A DNA stretch of 62,254 nucleotides, filler included, from Gemmatimonadota bacterium (GTDB lineage Bacteria > 4572-55 > J002): the NCBI GenBank assembly GCA_003697105.1. It is 4 parts of 4 records of this genome, joined end to end, with 100 filler letters (N's around TTAATTAATTAA, not from the genome) between each part and the next. Parts side by side here need not be neighbours in the genome. Positions count along the whole stretch, not along the records: positions 1 to 26,019 come from RFFQ01000151.1; positions 26,120 to 38,537 come from RFFQ01000154.1; 2 more parts are not named here. One strand, 5' to 3'. Made by a program: the position numbers and the translations under genes. Under the pieces are notes generated by a model. The model saw only the letters and a list, made by a program, of their open reading frames with translations. It made no database searches and had not been told where the DNA came from. Positions 20,384-29,980 of this stretch are shown here, piece after piece. Positions within the stretch are counted from its first letter, which is position 1. Every line of letters begins with the position of its first letter.

Positions 20384-21784
20384 CTAACAGCAGGTTTTAG
20401 ATTGTTCCGTAAGGTCACCGGGGATCGGGTAATCCCCATTGAAACAGGCGAGGCATGACCCGGTACTGGCGCCAGATAAGGTATGGCGCAGACCCTCAAG
20501 GGAGAGATAGTGCAAACTATCAGCCCCGATTTCCTGCTGAATTTCCGCCACAGAATGCTTGGCGGCGATCAAATGTTGGCGTTTAGGGGTATCGATGCCG
20601 TAAAAACAGGAGTACCGGACAGGAGGTGAACTGACCATCACGTGGACTTCCACTGCGCCGGCATCCCGTAAGGATTGGACAATGCGGCGGATAGTCGTAC
20701 CGCGCACAATAGAATCATCCACCATAATGAGCCGTTTGCCCTTTACATTTTCGGTGATAGGCGCCAGTTTGGCATTGACACCCGCTTCGCGCATATTCTG
20801 CGCCGGTTTGATAAACGTCCGTCCCACATACGAATTTCGGAAGAATCCCCGCCCGAACGGAATCCCGGATTCATAGGAATAGCCGAGTGCCGCCGCCATA
20901 CCGGACGAGGGAACATCAATCACCATATCCGCCATCACGCCATGCTCGCGGAATAACTGGCGTCCCATCTCCAGCCGGGCACTGTACACATTCAAACCGT
21001 TCAAGTTGCTATCGGTACGGGCAAAATAGATATATTCAAACGAACAAAACCGGCTCGACTCCGTAAACACCCGGATCGATTGGAGTCCCTCGCGGGAAAG
21101 GCTGATGATCTCCCCCGGTGCCACATCGCGAATCACCTCGCCCCCAACCATCTGGATCGCGGCACTCTCGGAGGCAAAACAGTAACTGTCACCAACAATA
21201 CCGAGTGTCAAAGGACGGATGCCTAACGCATCCCGAAAAGCAATTAATTTATCATTTGTCAGGACCAGGACGGAATAGCCCCCCCGGATGATCTGCATCG
21301 TCTCTTGGATAGCCTCCTCCAGAGATTCTGTTGTCAGCCGGTTTTTGACCAACTGAGCAAGAATGACTTCGGAATCCGTAGTTGTCTGGAAGATCGCCCC
21401 CAGATTTTCCATTTCATCGCGTAATTCATGGGCATTGATGAGGTTACCGTTGTGTGCTAGCGCGATTTTACCTTCGCGGTAGTTTCGCACAATCGGTTGC
21501 ACATTTTCCACAATATTTTTGCCGGTGGTGGAGTAGCGCACATGCCCAATTGCCGAGTCACCGCCCAAAAAGGCGAGCATCTCTTCATCAAAAACTTCTT
21601 GCACTAAACCTTGCTTTTTGTGGTATTTCATTTTGCCGTTTTCGGTCACGGCGATACCGGCACTCTCTTGCCCTCGGTGTTGCTGGGCAAACAGCCCATA
21701 ATAGGTATGAACCGCGGCGTGGCGATCCGGGGAGTTGTAAATCCCGAATACACCGCATTCTTCATGGAGTTCATCAAAAGGCAT
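20384..21784 (-). CDS. purF: Amidophosphoribosyltransferase
   Basis: Propeptide + CGVFG, QHRGQESAGI, GHVRYST, AHNGNL, FEYIYFARTDS, VDDSIVRGTT, Fe-S CLAC. Confidence 0.96.
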   Translation of the reverse strand: MPFDELHEECGVFGIYNSPDRHAAVHTYYGLFAQQHRGQESAGIAVTENGKMKYHKKQGLVQEVFDEEMLAFLGGDSAIGHVRYSTTGKNIVENVQPIVRNYREGKIALAHNGNLINAHELRDEMENLGAIFQTTTDSEVILAQLVKNRLTTESLEEAIQETMQIIRGGYSVLVLTNDKLIAFRDALGIRPLTLGIVGDSYCFASESAAIQMVGGEVIRDVAPGEIISLSREGLQSIRVFTESSRFCSFEYIYFARTDSNLNGLNVYSARLEMGRQLFREHGVMADMVIDVPSSGMAAALGYSYESGIPFGRGFFRNSYVGRTFIKPAQNMREAGVNAKLAPITENVKGKRLIMVDDSIVRGTTIRRIVQSLRDAGAVEVHVMVSSPPVRYSCFYGIDTPKRQHLIAAKHSVAEIQQEIGADSLHYLSLEGLRHTLSGASTGSCLACFNGDYPIPGDLTEQSKTCC

Positions 21785-21796
21785 AACACATCACTC

Positions 21797-22171
21797 TTAT
21801 CTGTTATGGTGGTGAAGATGGTGAATCAACCGGACGAGCTCATCAAATTCAACGGGTTTTTGTAAATAGTGATTTGCCCCGAGGTTTAGCCCTTTTTCCG
21901 CGGTATTAACCGTTCCTTGTGCTGTCAAAATGACAAAGGGCAACGTTGGGGATAAGGCTCTAATTTGGCGTAGCACTTCCAGACCGTCCATTTCCGGCAT
22001 GGCAAGGTCACACAGGACGACATCAACCGGCTGTTCACGGAGAATCGTCAACCCGTCATTACCGGAAGCCGCCGTAATCACATCAAACCCCTCGTTTTGG
22101 AGGATATCATGTACGATCAGGCGTTGGATTTCGCTATCTTCAATATAGAGCACGTGAATTGGATCGGGCAT
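21797..22171 (-). CDS. Single-domain response regulator (receiver)
   Basis: YIEDS, LCDLAMPEMDG, ILTA, YLQKP. Confidence 0.88.
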   Translation of the reverse strand: MPDPIHVLYIEDSEIQRLIVHDILQNEGFDVITAASGNDGLTILREQPVDVVLCDLAMPEMDGLEVLRQIRALSPTLPFVILTAQGTVNTAEKGLNLGANHYLQKPVEFDELVRLIHHLHHHNR

Positions 22172-22418
22172 AATTGCTGAATTTCCAAGATGTTATTTAA
22201 GAGTTGGGTTAAATTAGCGTCAATCATAATAGGTTTTCAGGATAAAATCAACGGAAAAACCCGTCCCCAAAAATCTGTTTGAATTTTAGGAGGGGATTGG
22301 TTATGTTTGCCGCATTCACGCTCGCCATTGTAACATGGCTCAAAATAGACCGGCGGTGAGCGGATCAAATCAATCTATGATGGCGTAGGCAAAAGGATAC
22401 AATAGTAGGAGACGGGTA

Positions 22419-23441
22419 ATGATCACCTATCAAGATGCCGGAGTCGATGTGCATCGCGGTTATGAAGTGGTACAGCGGATTCAGCGGCATGTCAAATCAA
22501 CATTTAGCCCGGCGGTATTAGCCGGTTTAGGCGGCTTTGGTGGACTTTTTGAACTGGATACGGCAGGCTACCAACAGCCGGTGCTGGTTTCCGGCACGGA
22601 TGGCGTGGGGACAAAGCTCAAGTTGGCATTTGCCCTGGATATACACCACACTGTCGGTATTGATCTGGTGGCAATGTGTGCCAATGATCTGCTCTGCACC
22701 GGTGCCAAACCGCTTTTTTTTCTGGATTACGTGGCTACAGGGCAACTGCGCCCGGAAACCATCGAACAGGTCGTTGCCGGTATTGCCACGGGATGCCGGC
22801 AAGTGGGTTGCGCCCTAATCGGGGGCGAAACGGCGGAAATGCCTGACTTTTACAGTGATGGGGAGTATGATTTGGCGGGATTCGCCGTGGGTCTCGTCGA
22901 TAAACCCCACATCATTGATGGTAGTCGGATTCAAGCAGGGGATGTGCTGATCGGTTTACCCTCCAGCGGAGTCCATTCTAACGGATTTTCACTAGTGCGC
23001 AAGGTATTTGACATCCAACAATTAGAGGTGCCATTCGGTAACCGGACGTTGGGCGAGGTTCTTCTGGAACCGACACGCATTTATGTTCCGACAGTGCTGC
23101 CCTTGCTGTCCACGTTCCCAATTCATGGTATCGCCCACATTACGGGGGGCGGCTTTATCGAGAATATTCCGCGGGTCGTACCGGAAACGTTTTCGATTGA
23201 AATCTGGCGAGAAAGTTGGGAGATATTGCCCATTTTTGAGGAATTACAACAGCGCACCCAACTGGAGGAGTACCAAATGTTTAACACCTTTAACATGGGT
23301 ATCGGGCTGGTGCTAATCGTACCGGCAAATCAAGCGGATGCGGTTTTGCACCATATCCATAATTCAGGGGAAAAAGCGTATCAAATGGGACAAATTATTG
23401 ACAAACAAGAGGATCGATTATGCTTCGTATCGGTGTTTTAG
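22419..23441 (+). CDS. purM: Phosphoribosylformylglycinamidine cyclo-ligase
   Basis: [53 protein letters not shown]. Confidence 0.96.
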   Translation: MITYQDAGVDVHRGYEVVQRIQRHVKSTFSPAVLAGLGGFGGLFELDTAGYQQPVLVSGTDGVGTKLKLAFALDIHHTVGIDLVAMCANDLLCTGAKPLFFLDYVATGQLRPETIEQVVAGIATGCRQVGCALIGGETAEMPDFYSDGEYDLAGFAVGLVDKPHIIDGSRIQAGDVLIGLPSSGVHSNGFSLVRKVFDIQQLEVPFGNRTLGEVLLEPTRIYVPTVLPLLSTFPIHGIAHITGGGFIENIPRVVPETFSIEIWRESWEILPIFEELQQRTQLEEYQMFNTFNMGIGLVLIVPANQADAVLHHIHNSGEKAYQMGQIIDKQEDRLCFVSVF

Positions 23442-24046
23442 TCTCCGGCGGTGGGACCAATCTACAAGCCATTATGGACCGGATCGAATCGGGTTATATT
23501 CCGAATTCGCGGATTACGGTGGTAATTTCAAGTAATCCCAAAGCGTATGCGCTCACCCGGGCGCGCCGGGCTGAAATTTCGACGGTCGTCATTAGTAAAA
23601 AAGAGTATCCCCGGCGGTTCGAACGGAACCGGGCATTAGTTGAAACATTGCGGAATTATGAAGTCGATTTAGTGCTATTAGCCGGATTTATGATGATTTT
23701 AAGCGAAGAGTTTATTCAGGCATACGAAAATCGGATTATGAACGTACACCCGTCATTAATTCCGGCATTTTGTGGGAAAGGATTTTACGGGGATAAAGTC
23801 CATCAGGCGGTACTGGACTACGGGGTAAAATTAACCGGCGCCACCGTGCATTTTGTCACGCAGGAGGTGGACGCCGGTCCAATCATTTTACAAAAAGCTG
23901 TGCCAGTGAAGAATGATGATACCGTAGAGACATTAAAACAACGGGTATTAGAAGAAGCCGAGTGGGTCATCTACCCGGAAGCCGTCAAGCTGTATGCGGA
24001 ACACCGGCTCAAAATTGAAAACCGGCGGGTGCTTCTCCGGGAGTAA
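23420..24046 (+). CDS. purN: Phosphoribosylglycinamide formyltransferase
   Basis: [36 protein letters not shown]. Confidence 0.95.
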   Translation: MLRIGVLVSGGGTNLQAIMDRIESGYIPNSRITVVISSNPKAYALTRARRAEISTVVISKKEYPRRFERNRALVETLRNYEVDLVLLAGFMMILSEEFIQAYENRIMNVHPSLIPAFCGKGFYGDKVHQAVLDYGVKLTGATVHFVTQEVDAGPIILQKAVPVKNDDTVETLKQRVLEEAEWVIYPEAVKLYAEHRLKIENRRVLLRE

Positions 24047-24126
24047 CACCGGTTATGTTTTCAGCAGATAGACCCGCATTGGGTATTTTCTAACACAGAA
24101 TTTACCCGTTCCTAACATTTCCGCGT

Positions 24127-24825
24127 TTAATTCCCGAAAATTTGCTGTTCTTCATCAATAATACACTGCCGAATGGTGTCACTTTCATCACACGTTTTCA
24201 ACCGTTCGATAAACGCATCCGAGCGTGCCATGTGGCTAATGCGAGCAAGTGCGCGGAGGTGAAGGGCATCAGTCCGAAGACACATCAGAAAAAAGATGTG
24301 CGTCAATGACCCATCGGGAGCACCATATTCAATGCCTGCCGGGCTAACACCTACGGCAATAAACGGTTGGCGGAGAACACGAGCCATCCGGAAGCGGGGG
24401 TGCGGCAACGCAACGCCGGAAGGCAATGCGGTGGAAAACGTTTCTTCCCGCTCCATAATAGCATCAACCAAAATGGGTGCATTGGTGACAAATTGGTGTT
24501 CCACCCCCACATTGACCAATTGGGAGACCACATCTTGGGCATCACCCGGTTCCAGCGGCAACACAATGCCATTATCGGGAATTAAACTCGCAACGGTGCA
24601 GTCCGCCGAGGCTTCGTGCGTCTCAATCAAGCCCACTTCATGGGCAAACCCTTCTACCAAACCTTGTTCTAGCCATTTTTCCAGAAAAGAGCGTTTGAAT
24701 CGCCAACGACCACCTAACTTCATAGCTGGTAAACGTCCGGAAGCCGCCAGTTGGGTCACGGTTCGGGCGTTTAACTTCAAATAATCGGCAACCTCGCGGC
24801 TGGTCATAATTTCATCGTGGGGCAT
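24127..24825 (-). CDS. Excisionase-like HTH fused to PTS IIA (PtsN/fructose-type) domain
   Basis: MTSREVADYL..TV..LA..G.LPA.KLGGRWRF; RE...ST....GVALPHPR with the phospho-His; start set at ATG 24825. Confidence 0.85.
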   Translation of the reverse strand: MPHDEIMTSREVADYLKLNARTVTQLAASGRLPAMKLGGRWRFKRSFLEKWLEQGLVEGFAHEVGLIETHEASADCTVASLIPDNGIVLPLEPGDAQDVVSQLVNVGVEHQFVTNAPILVDAIMEREETFSTALPSGVALPHPRFRMARVLRQPFIAVGVSPAGIEYGAPDGSLTHIFFLMCLRTDALHLRALARISHMARSDAFIERLKTCDESDTIRQCIIDEEQQIFGN

Positions 24826-24964
24826 CAATCCATCCTCGTTCGGTATGAGTGAACAAAAAATAAGGGATTCGTAAACGGGTTTCGACAATATGCAAAATCT
24901 AGGATGAGTGTCAAGCCCAAAATCGTAACAATTACGCATTTTTTAGCATTTCAAAGGAGGATAT

Positions 24965-25651
24965 ATGTCAAAAGCGCATATTTTAGCTGTCGATGACGAT
25001 CCGGATATCTTGGAGCTAATCGAATACAATTTAGGAAAAGAGGGGTACCGAGTGACAGGCGTTTCGAGCGGCGAAGATGCCTTCATATTTTTGAACACCG
25101 AATCCCCAGACCTTATTATTCTGGATTTAATGCTGCCGGGAATGCAAGGAATGGATGTATGCCGGAAGGTGCGCTCAAACCCCCACCTGAACGCCGTAAA
25201 AATCATCATGTTGACTGCTAAAGGGGAGGAATCCGATATTATTACCGGCTTAGATACCGGCGCCGATGACTACATGACAAAACCGTTTAGCCCGAATGTC
25301 CTGTTAGCTCGGGTTAAGGCGATTTTGCGACGGCGCGATACCGAACCGGTTTCTGAAACCGAGCGGATCGCCCGCCATGGGGTTACATTGGACCCCAAAC
25401 GGCACGATGTATGGCTCCACGATAATAAAATTGACCTTACCTTTACTGAATATAATGTGTTGCACTTTTTGATGCGGCATCCGGGCTGGGTGTTCACACG
25501 ATACCAAATTGTGGATGCGGTGCGCGGGGATAATTATCAGGTGACAGACCGCGCCGTGGATGTACAGATTGCGGGTCTGCGCAAAAAACTGGGGGATTAT
25601 GGACACCTCATTGAAACCGTGCGGGGAGTAGGTTATCGCTTTAAGGAATAA
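24965..25651 (+). CDS. OmpR/PhoB-family response regulator (PhoB/PhoP-like)
   Basis: LDLMLPG, MLTAKGEE, GADDYMTKPFS, DRAVDVQIAGLRKKL, IETVRGVGY; AGGAGG RBS. Confidence 0.92.
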   Translation: MSKAHILAVDDDPDILELIEYNLGKEGYRVTGVSSGEDAFIFLNTESPDLIILDLMLPGMQGMDVCRKVRSNPHLNAVKIIMLTAKGEESDIITGLDTGADDYMTKPFSPNVLLARVKAILRRRDTEPVSETERIARHGVTLDPKRHDVWLHDNKIDLTFTEYNVLHFLMRHPGWVFTRYQIVDAVRGDNYQVTDRAVDVQIAGLRKKLGDYGHLIETVRGVGYRFKE

Positions 25652-25658
25652 CATGCCG

Positions 25659-25713
25659 GAGCCATTCGTAAATGCGAAACCCCCCACCATATGCGGATTT
25701 GGGGGCTACCGGT
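25659..25713 (+). repeat. Dispersed intergenic repeat module A, copy 2
   Basis: GAGCCATTCGTAAATG...CCACCATATGCGGATTTGGGGGCTACCGGT. Confidence 0.75.
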
Positions 25714-25771
25714 AGGTTGCTTCAAGTGCGTCGACTTGAATTGCAAGTTGTCAAGACCCCAGTTATCTTTT

Positions 25772-26019
25772 TATCGCCCATCACCATCCCCAAAAATTTT
25801 GCCAGCGCCTCCAAACCGTGTGGGAAACCGGCGCGCTTATCTGGATTCGGTAGGATACCCCCGTAGAGACGTTGCACTGCAACGTCTCTACGGATATCGC
25901 CCATCACCATCCTAAAAAATCTTGCCAGCGCCTCCAAACCGTGTGGAAAACCGGCACGCTTATCTGGATTCGGTAGGATACCCCCGTAGAGACGTTGCAG
26001 TGCAACGTCTCTACAGATA
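25772..26019. repeat. 123-bp tandem repeat (at least 2 copies), each ending in a REP-like palindrome
   Basis: Units start at 25772 and 25895. GTAGAGACGTTGCA-N-TGCAACGTCTCTAC at 25863-25891 and 25986-26014. The array runs into the gap. Confidence 0.85.
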
Positions 26020-26119
26020 NNNNNNNNNNNNNNNNNNNNNNNNNNNNNNNNNNNNNNNNNNNNTTAATTAATTAANNNNNNNNNNNNNNNNNNNNNNNNN
26101 NNNNNNNNNNNNNNNNNNN
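26020..26119. other. Artificial scaffold/contig spacer
   Basis: 100 nt of N with central TTAATTAATTAA (stops in all six frames). Confidence 0.97.
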
Positions 26120-26178
26120 AGTAAAATCATCTCCACCACTATTGTACCTCCCATTTATTAGCTGAAAAGGGTAACTTG

Positions 26179-27027
26179 ATGCGAAAAATCCGCATGGTCG
26201 CCCCTTATTTTGGTACGAAACCGGTCTGGTTTCCGGCATTTTATTACTCCTGCGCCATGAATCCGACAATAGATTGGCTCTTTTTTGTGGATTTTGAAAT
26301 CCCTACAACAAAATACCCTAACATTCAGTTTGAAACCTCAACTATCGACGAGTTTAATCAATTCGCCAGTCAAAAACTCAACCTTCACATCCAAAAAGAA
26401 CCGTGGCCTCTGGTGGATCTGAAACCCGCTCACGGTGTCATATTTGAAGAGTACCTTAACGGATATGATTTTTGGGGACATTTTGATATTGATCTGGTCT
26501 GGGGCAATATCCGCAACTTTATCACGGACGATATGCTGGATTATTACCATATCATTACGACACGCCGTGATGAAATTGCGGGTCATTTTACGATATACCG
26601 GAATATTCCGGAAATCAATCACCTGTTTGAGCAAGAACCTGATTATAAAACGCATCTGACCCAACCCACCGGAAGTCAATTTGACGAACTCATCATGACA
26701 AATTTACTAAATCAATTGGGTAAAAAAGACGGCTACCAATGGCTGAATGTTTCTTGGTCAGACCCGGAACGTGTTGCCGGTCTGGTTGATCTGCGCCGCC
26801 ACCCCTATGGCTGGCAGTGGAAAAATGGTGATATTTACCATAACGGAAGGCTCTCCGATAAAATGTACGTTCATTTTTTGGAGTGGAAACAGAGCATCCA
26901 CCATATTGATTTTGAAACTGGAGACCATCCTCCCATGTTCACCATTGAGCCGACCGGAATCTACCTCAAAAGCCCTTTCCGCTTGGCTATAGAACGGGGG
27001 CTACGCGCCTGGAGGTCAATCAGGTAA
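26179..27027 (+). CDS. DUF6625-like protein (putative glycosyltransferase-related)
   Basis: PYFG..P.WF..F..SC..NP.IDW, DLKPAHG.IFEEYL..YDFWGHFDIDLVWG.IR, GHFTIYRN, FDE, YVHF. Confidence 0.7.
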   Translation: MRKIRMVAPYFGTKPVWFPAFYYSCAMNPTIDWLFFVDFEIPTTKYPNIQFETSTIDEFNQFASQKLNLHIQKEPWPLVDLKPAHGVIFEEYLNGYDFWGHFDIDLVWGNIRNFITDDMLDYYHIITTRRDEIAGHFTIYRNIPEINHLFEQEPDYKTHLTQPTGSQFDELIMTNLLNQLGKKDGYQWLNVSWSDPERVAGLVDLRRHPYGWQWKNGDIYHNGRLSDKMYVHFLEWKQSIHHIDFETGDHPPMFTIEPTGIYLKSPFRLAIERGLRAWRSIR

Positions 27028-27045
27028 CACCGTTGCCATCCAACG

Positions 27046-27081
27046 AAAAACGCCTGAGAGGCAATCATGTCTCTCAGGCGT
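27046..27081 (-). terminator. Rho-independent terminator of the sodN operon, possibly bidirectional
   Basis: ACGCCTGAGAG/CTCTCAGGCGT stem with an adjacent A5 (U5 on the minus strand). Confidence 0.7.
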
Positions 27082-27106
27082 GGTTATTTCCGGTCTGGAA
27101 AAGGAC

Positions 27107-27796
27107 TTACAACGAGGCAGTAATCCAGAAAAGCCCGACCCCAATGGCAAGCACTGCAAAACCGCCCAACACCCGATTGTACACTTGAGTTGTCACGGCA
27201 AATCGCTGGGTTAGGAAGCCGATCAGGTAGGAAAAAAAACTCATTGCTACAATCGAGCCGAGACCATACGCAACTACATAGCCAATCGAAGCGAACCGGC
27301 TGGGTAGCATCAATGCTGGTAAGACGCCGATCAGGTGTGAACTGCCCGCCAAACCGTGTAAAACACCGATTCCCAAAGGGGCATGGGCGTGATGGTGTGC
27401 CGCGTGGGAGTGGTCTCTTTTGGCATTTTCATGGGTATGAAAATGAACATGGGTATCCCCATCATGTGCATGCGCGTGAGCGTGAATTTTATGCCGGAAC
27501 GCTTGGCGCAGTCCCCAAAGACCGACAGCGATAAGTACAATCCCGACCAATCGCTCACTCCATGAGGAGAGCAATTCCACTGGGATCAGTTCCCGCATTA
27601 GGAAAAACAGAATCCCGATAACCCAAACACCCCCGGTATGCCCAATCCCCCACAATAAACCGGTCTGCCAACTATGTTGCGGCTTTTCGGCGGCAAATGG
27701 AGCAACCGCCGCCAAGTGATCCGGTCCGGAAACTACGTGTAAAATACCGGCTAAAAATCCGGTTAAACTGCTAAAAATCATAAATGAGTCCTCCAT
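27107..27796 (-). CDS. UreH/SodT-like high-affinity nickel transporter
   Basis: LHVVSGPDHLAAV, WGIGHT, His-rich loop HAHAHAHDGDTHVHFHTH, GVLHGLAGS. Confidence 0.88.
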   Translation of the reverse strand: MEDSFMIFSSLTGFLAGILHVVSGPDHLAAVAPFAAEKPQHSWQTGLLWGIGHTGGVWVIGILFFLMRELIPVELLSSWSERLVGIVLIAVGLWGLRQAFRHKIHAHAHAHDGDTHVHFHTHENAKRDHSHAAHHHAHAPLGIGVLHGLAGSSHLIGVLPALMLPSRFASIGYVVAYGLGSIVAMSFFSYLIGFLTQRFAVTTQVYNRVLGGFAVLAIGVGLFWITASL

Positions 27797-28153
27797 CTAA
27801 CCAAAACGGCAGGTGACTTTACCAATGATAAAATCGCCGGGAACCGCACCAAAATGGCGGCTATCGGTGCTTTCAGCCGGATTATCTCCCTGAATAAAAT
27901 AGGTATTCTGCGGGCTAATGGTGGTAATTCGTTTGATGATTTTCTGGTGGGGATTACGGGGATGCACCGCGACAACGAGATCACCGGCTTGGGGTGGATG
28001 CTTTCGATACGCGGCAGGATTCACCAGTACTTCATCACCCGGTTTGAGGAGCGGGAGCATTGACGAGCCGGTCACCCGTAACCGCTCCCGCTTTTTAATG
28101 ATCCAAAGCCCCAATTCCCAGAGATTCACCTCCGGAAGTTGAGCCATCATCAT
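27797..28153 (-). CDS. sodX: Nickel SOD maturation protease (S26 family)
   Basis: VTGSSMLPLLKPGD, IIKRI, QGDNPAESTDSRHFGAV; directly downstream of sodN. Confidence 0.92.
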   Translation of the reverse strand: MMMAQLPEVNLWELGLWIIKKRERLRVTGSSMLPLLKPGDEVLVNPAAYRKHPPQAGDLVVAVHPRNPHQKIIKRITTISPQNTYFIQGDNPAESTDSRHFGAVPGDFIIGKVTCRFG

Positions 28154-28159
28154 ACCCTC

Positions 28160-28642
28160 TTAACTGGCGGTATACCACGTAATGTCACGATTTTTTGTTG
28201 ACCAGAAAATGTCATGGATTTCTTTGATAACATCCATCAATTCCTGCGCATGCTCTAAATTAACTTCCACTTTGCAGGCGGAGCACAACTTTGCGGCTTT
28301 CCAAAACAGGTCATGAAGGTTCGGATGTGCTTCCAGATGCGGCGGTTTAAAGTAATCTGTCCACAGTACCAGCAACTCTGTTTTTGCCAGATGCGCCTGC
28401 TCTTCTTTAATGGCAACGTAACGGGCAAAGGTGTTGTGATATTTTACGTACGCCTCTTTATCACTGGGATCCGGGACTTCCAATGCCAAAATCTTTTTGG
28501 TCATTGAGAGGACAGCTTCCGCCGCAATCCGGGCAGAAGCGGGGTCATAAACACCACAAGGTCCGTCGCAGTGGGCGCTCACCGTTGCGGTTGCCGGAGA
28601 AAACGACTTGATAAATTGAGTTAATGCTTTGATTACCATCAC
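28160..28642 (-). CDS. sodN: Nickel superoxide dismutase precursor
   Basis: Leader followed by the Ni-hook AHCDGPCGVYDPA; IKEEQA, LWTDYFKP. Confidence 0.96.
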   Translation of the reverse strand: MMVIKALTQFIKSFSPATATVSAHCDGPCGVYDPASARIAAEAVLSMTKKILALEVPDPSDKEAYVKYHNTFARYVAIKEEQAHLAKTELLVLWTDYFKPPHLEAHPNLHDLFWKAAKLCSACKVEVNLEHAQELMDVIKEIHDIFWSTKNRDITWYTAS

Positions 28643-28697
28643 ACAAAACTCCTTTCTAAAATGAGATGAACCGAAAAAATCTTTTAATTTTAATATT

Positions 28698-28720
28698 TTT
28701 GAGATATGTCATATCTCAAA
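28698..28720. promoter_or_regulatory. Perfect 11-1-11 palindrome upstream of sodN (candidate operator or 5' hairpin)
   Basis: TTTGAGATATG-T-CATATCTCAAA, 55 bp upstream of the sodN start; a minus-strand TTGACT lies at 28751-28756. Confidence 0.55.
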
Positions 28721-28798
28721 CGGGTTTAAAATGGATAATCTGTACAAAAAAGTCAAGTTTAAAAACCTTGTGAAAGTACCCCCCGCGTATTATACTCG

Positions 28799-29182
28799 TC
28801 ACGCAAGGGCAAAAATGCCTTCAATCTCGATCCGCACATCTTTTGGCAGTCTTGAAACTTCTACCGCCGATCGTGCCGGCGGATTCTCTGTGAAATACTC
28901 GGCATAAATTCCGTTAACTGTGGCAAAGTCATTCATATCTTTAAGGAAAACGGTAATTTTAATCGCCTGTGCCAAAGAAGCGCCGGCGGCTTCCACTACC
29001 CCTTTCAAATTCTCCAAAACTTGGCGGGTTTGTCCTTCAATGTCATCCGCGGTAATCACCCCCGTTTTGGGGTCAAGGGCTATCTGCCCGGCGGTAAATA
29101 GCAGATCACCCCAAACTACACCCTGACTGTAAGGCCCAATTGCCGCTGGCGCATTTTCGGTAGCAATAATTTTTTTAGACAT
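28799..29182 (-). CDS. ridA: RidA/YjgF family enamine/imine deaminase
   Basis: [42 protein letters not shown]. Confidence 0.93.
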   Translation of the reverse strand: MSKKIIATENAPAAIGPYSQGVVWGDLLFTAGQIALDPKTGVITADDIEGQTRQVLENLKGVVEAAGASLAQAIKITVFLKDMNDFATVNGIYAEYFTENPPARSAVEVSRLPKDVRIEIEGIFALA

Positions 29183-29208
29183 TTTAACCTCCCAATAGAA
29201 AAGAGCTT

Positions 29209-29928
29209 ATGAAAATTCTCGCAATTGATACGTCAACCTCACGTGCTGGGGTCGCTTTGGTACAACCTACCACAGTCGATGCACTCTGTCAACTGGAATT
29301 CGGTAACCGGCACGGGGAACATCTGCTGGATTTGATCGATTTTGTATTATCATCGGCGGGGCAATCCATCACCGGTGTGGACGGCTTCGCTGTTGTCACA
29401 GGTCCCGGTTCGTTCACGGGTTTGCGGATCGGGATCAGTGTCGTGAAAGGGCTCGCTTTTGCGGCTCAGAAGCCTGTGGTTACGGCAACTTCGCTAGAAG
29501 TGATCGCCACGATAGCCGCCTACCAATCAACGCCGGTGTGTCCTATGCTGAACGCCCGGCGAAAAGAGGTCTATACCGCCCTGTATGATTGTACGGGAGC
29601 ATTACCCCAACCCCTTTCCGAGGTGACGGTCATCGCACCGGAGCAGTGGTTGGAACAGTTGGCGGCACAACGTGAACCTATTTTATTTTGCGGGGATGGC
29701 GCAATACATTATGCAAACCAAATTGATGCCATTTTAGGGGATAACGGAATGGTCTTACCGCTCCATTTACAACATGGATGCGCATCGGGCTTGGGGTACA
29801 TCGGCTTGCAAAAATTAGAACAAGGTAACATTGAAGATTTACACACGTTTGAGCCCCTCTACATCCGCCCGCCAGATGCCAAATTACCGGGGGTATCACC
29901 GGTTTTCACCGCCCGTACCCGCCAGTAG
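29209..29928 (+). CDS. tsaB: tRNA threonylcarbamoyladenosine biosynthesis protein TsaB
   Basis: ILAIDTST, GPGSFTGLRIG..KGLA, ARRKEVY, PLYIRPPDA. Confidence 0.93.
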   Translation: MKILAIDTSTSRAGVALVQPTTVDALCQLEFGNRHGEHLLDLIDFVLSSAGQSITGVDGFAVVTGPGSFTGLRIGISVVKGLAFAAQKPVVTATSLEVIATIAAYQSTPVCPMLNARRKEVYTALYDCTGALPQPLSEVTVIAPEQWLEQLAAQREPILFCGDGAIHYANQIDAILGDNGMVLPLHLQHGCASGLGYIGLQKLEQGNIEDLHTFEPLYIRPPDAKLPGVSPVFTARTRQ

Positions 29929-29980
29929 CAATACACACCCGCCCATTTGGAAGGCATAAAAAAAGAGCCATTGAGGAATA

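Noticed and set aside
22172-22418. Known purine, ZMP/ZTP or PRPP riboswitch
   Set aside because: Conserved core sequences of these classes were not found by eye.
25772-26019. CRISPR array or protein-coding interpretation of the 123-bp repeat (ORFs 25672-25937)
   Set aside because: The sequence between palindromes is itself repeated rather than being unique spacers; the short ORFs are by-products of the repeat.
26064-26075. TTAATTAATTAA palindrome, also present in the other two gaps
   Set aside because: Identical and centred in all three N runs; an artificial contig linker, not biology.
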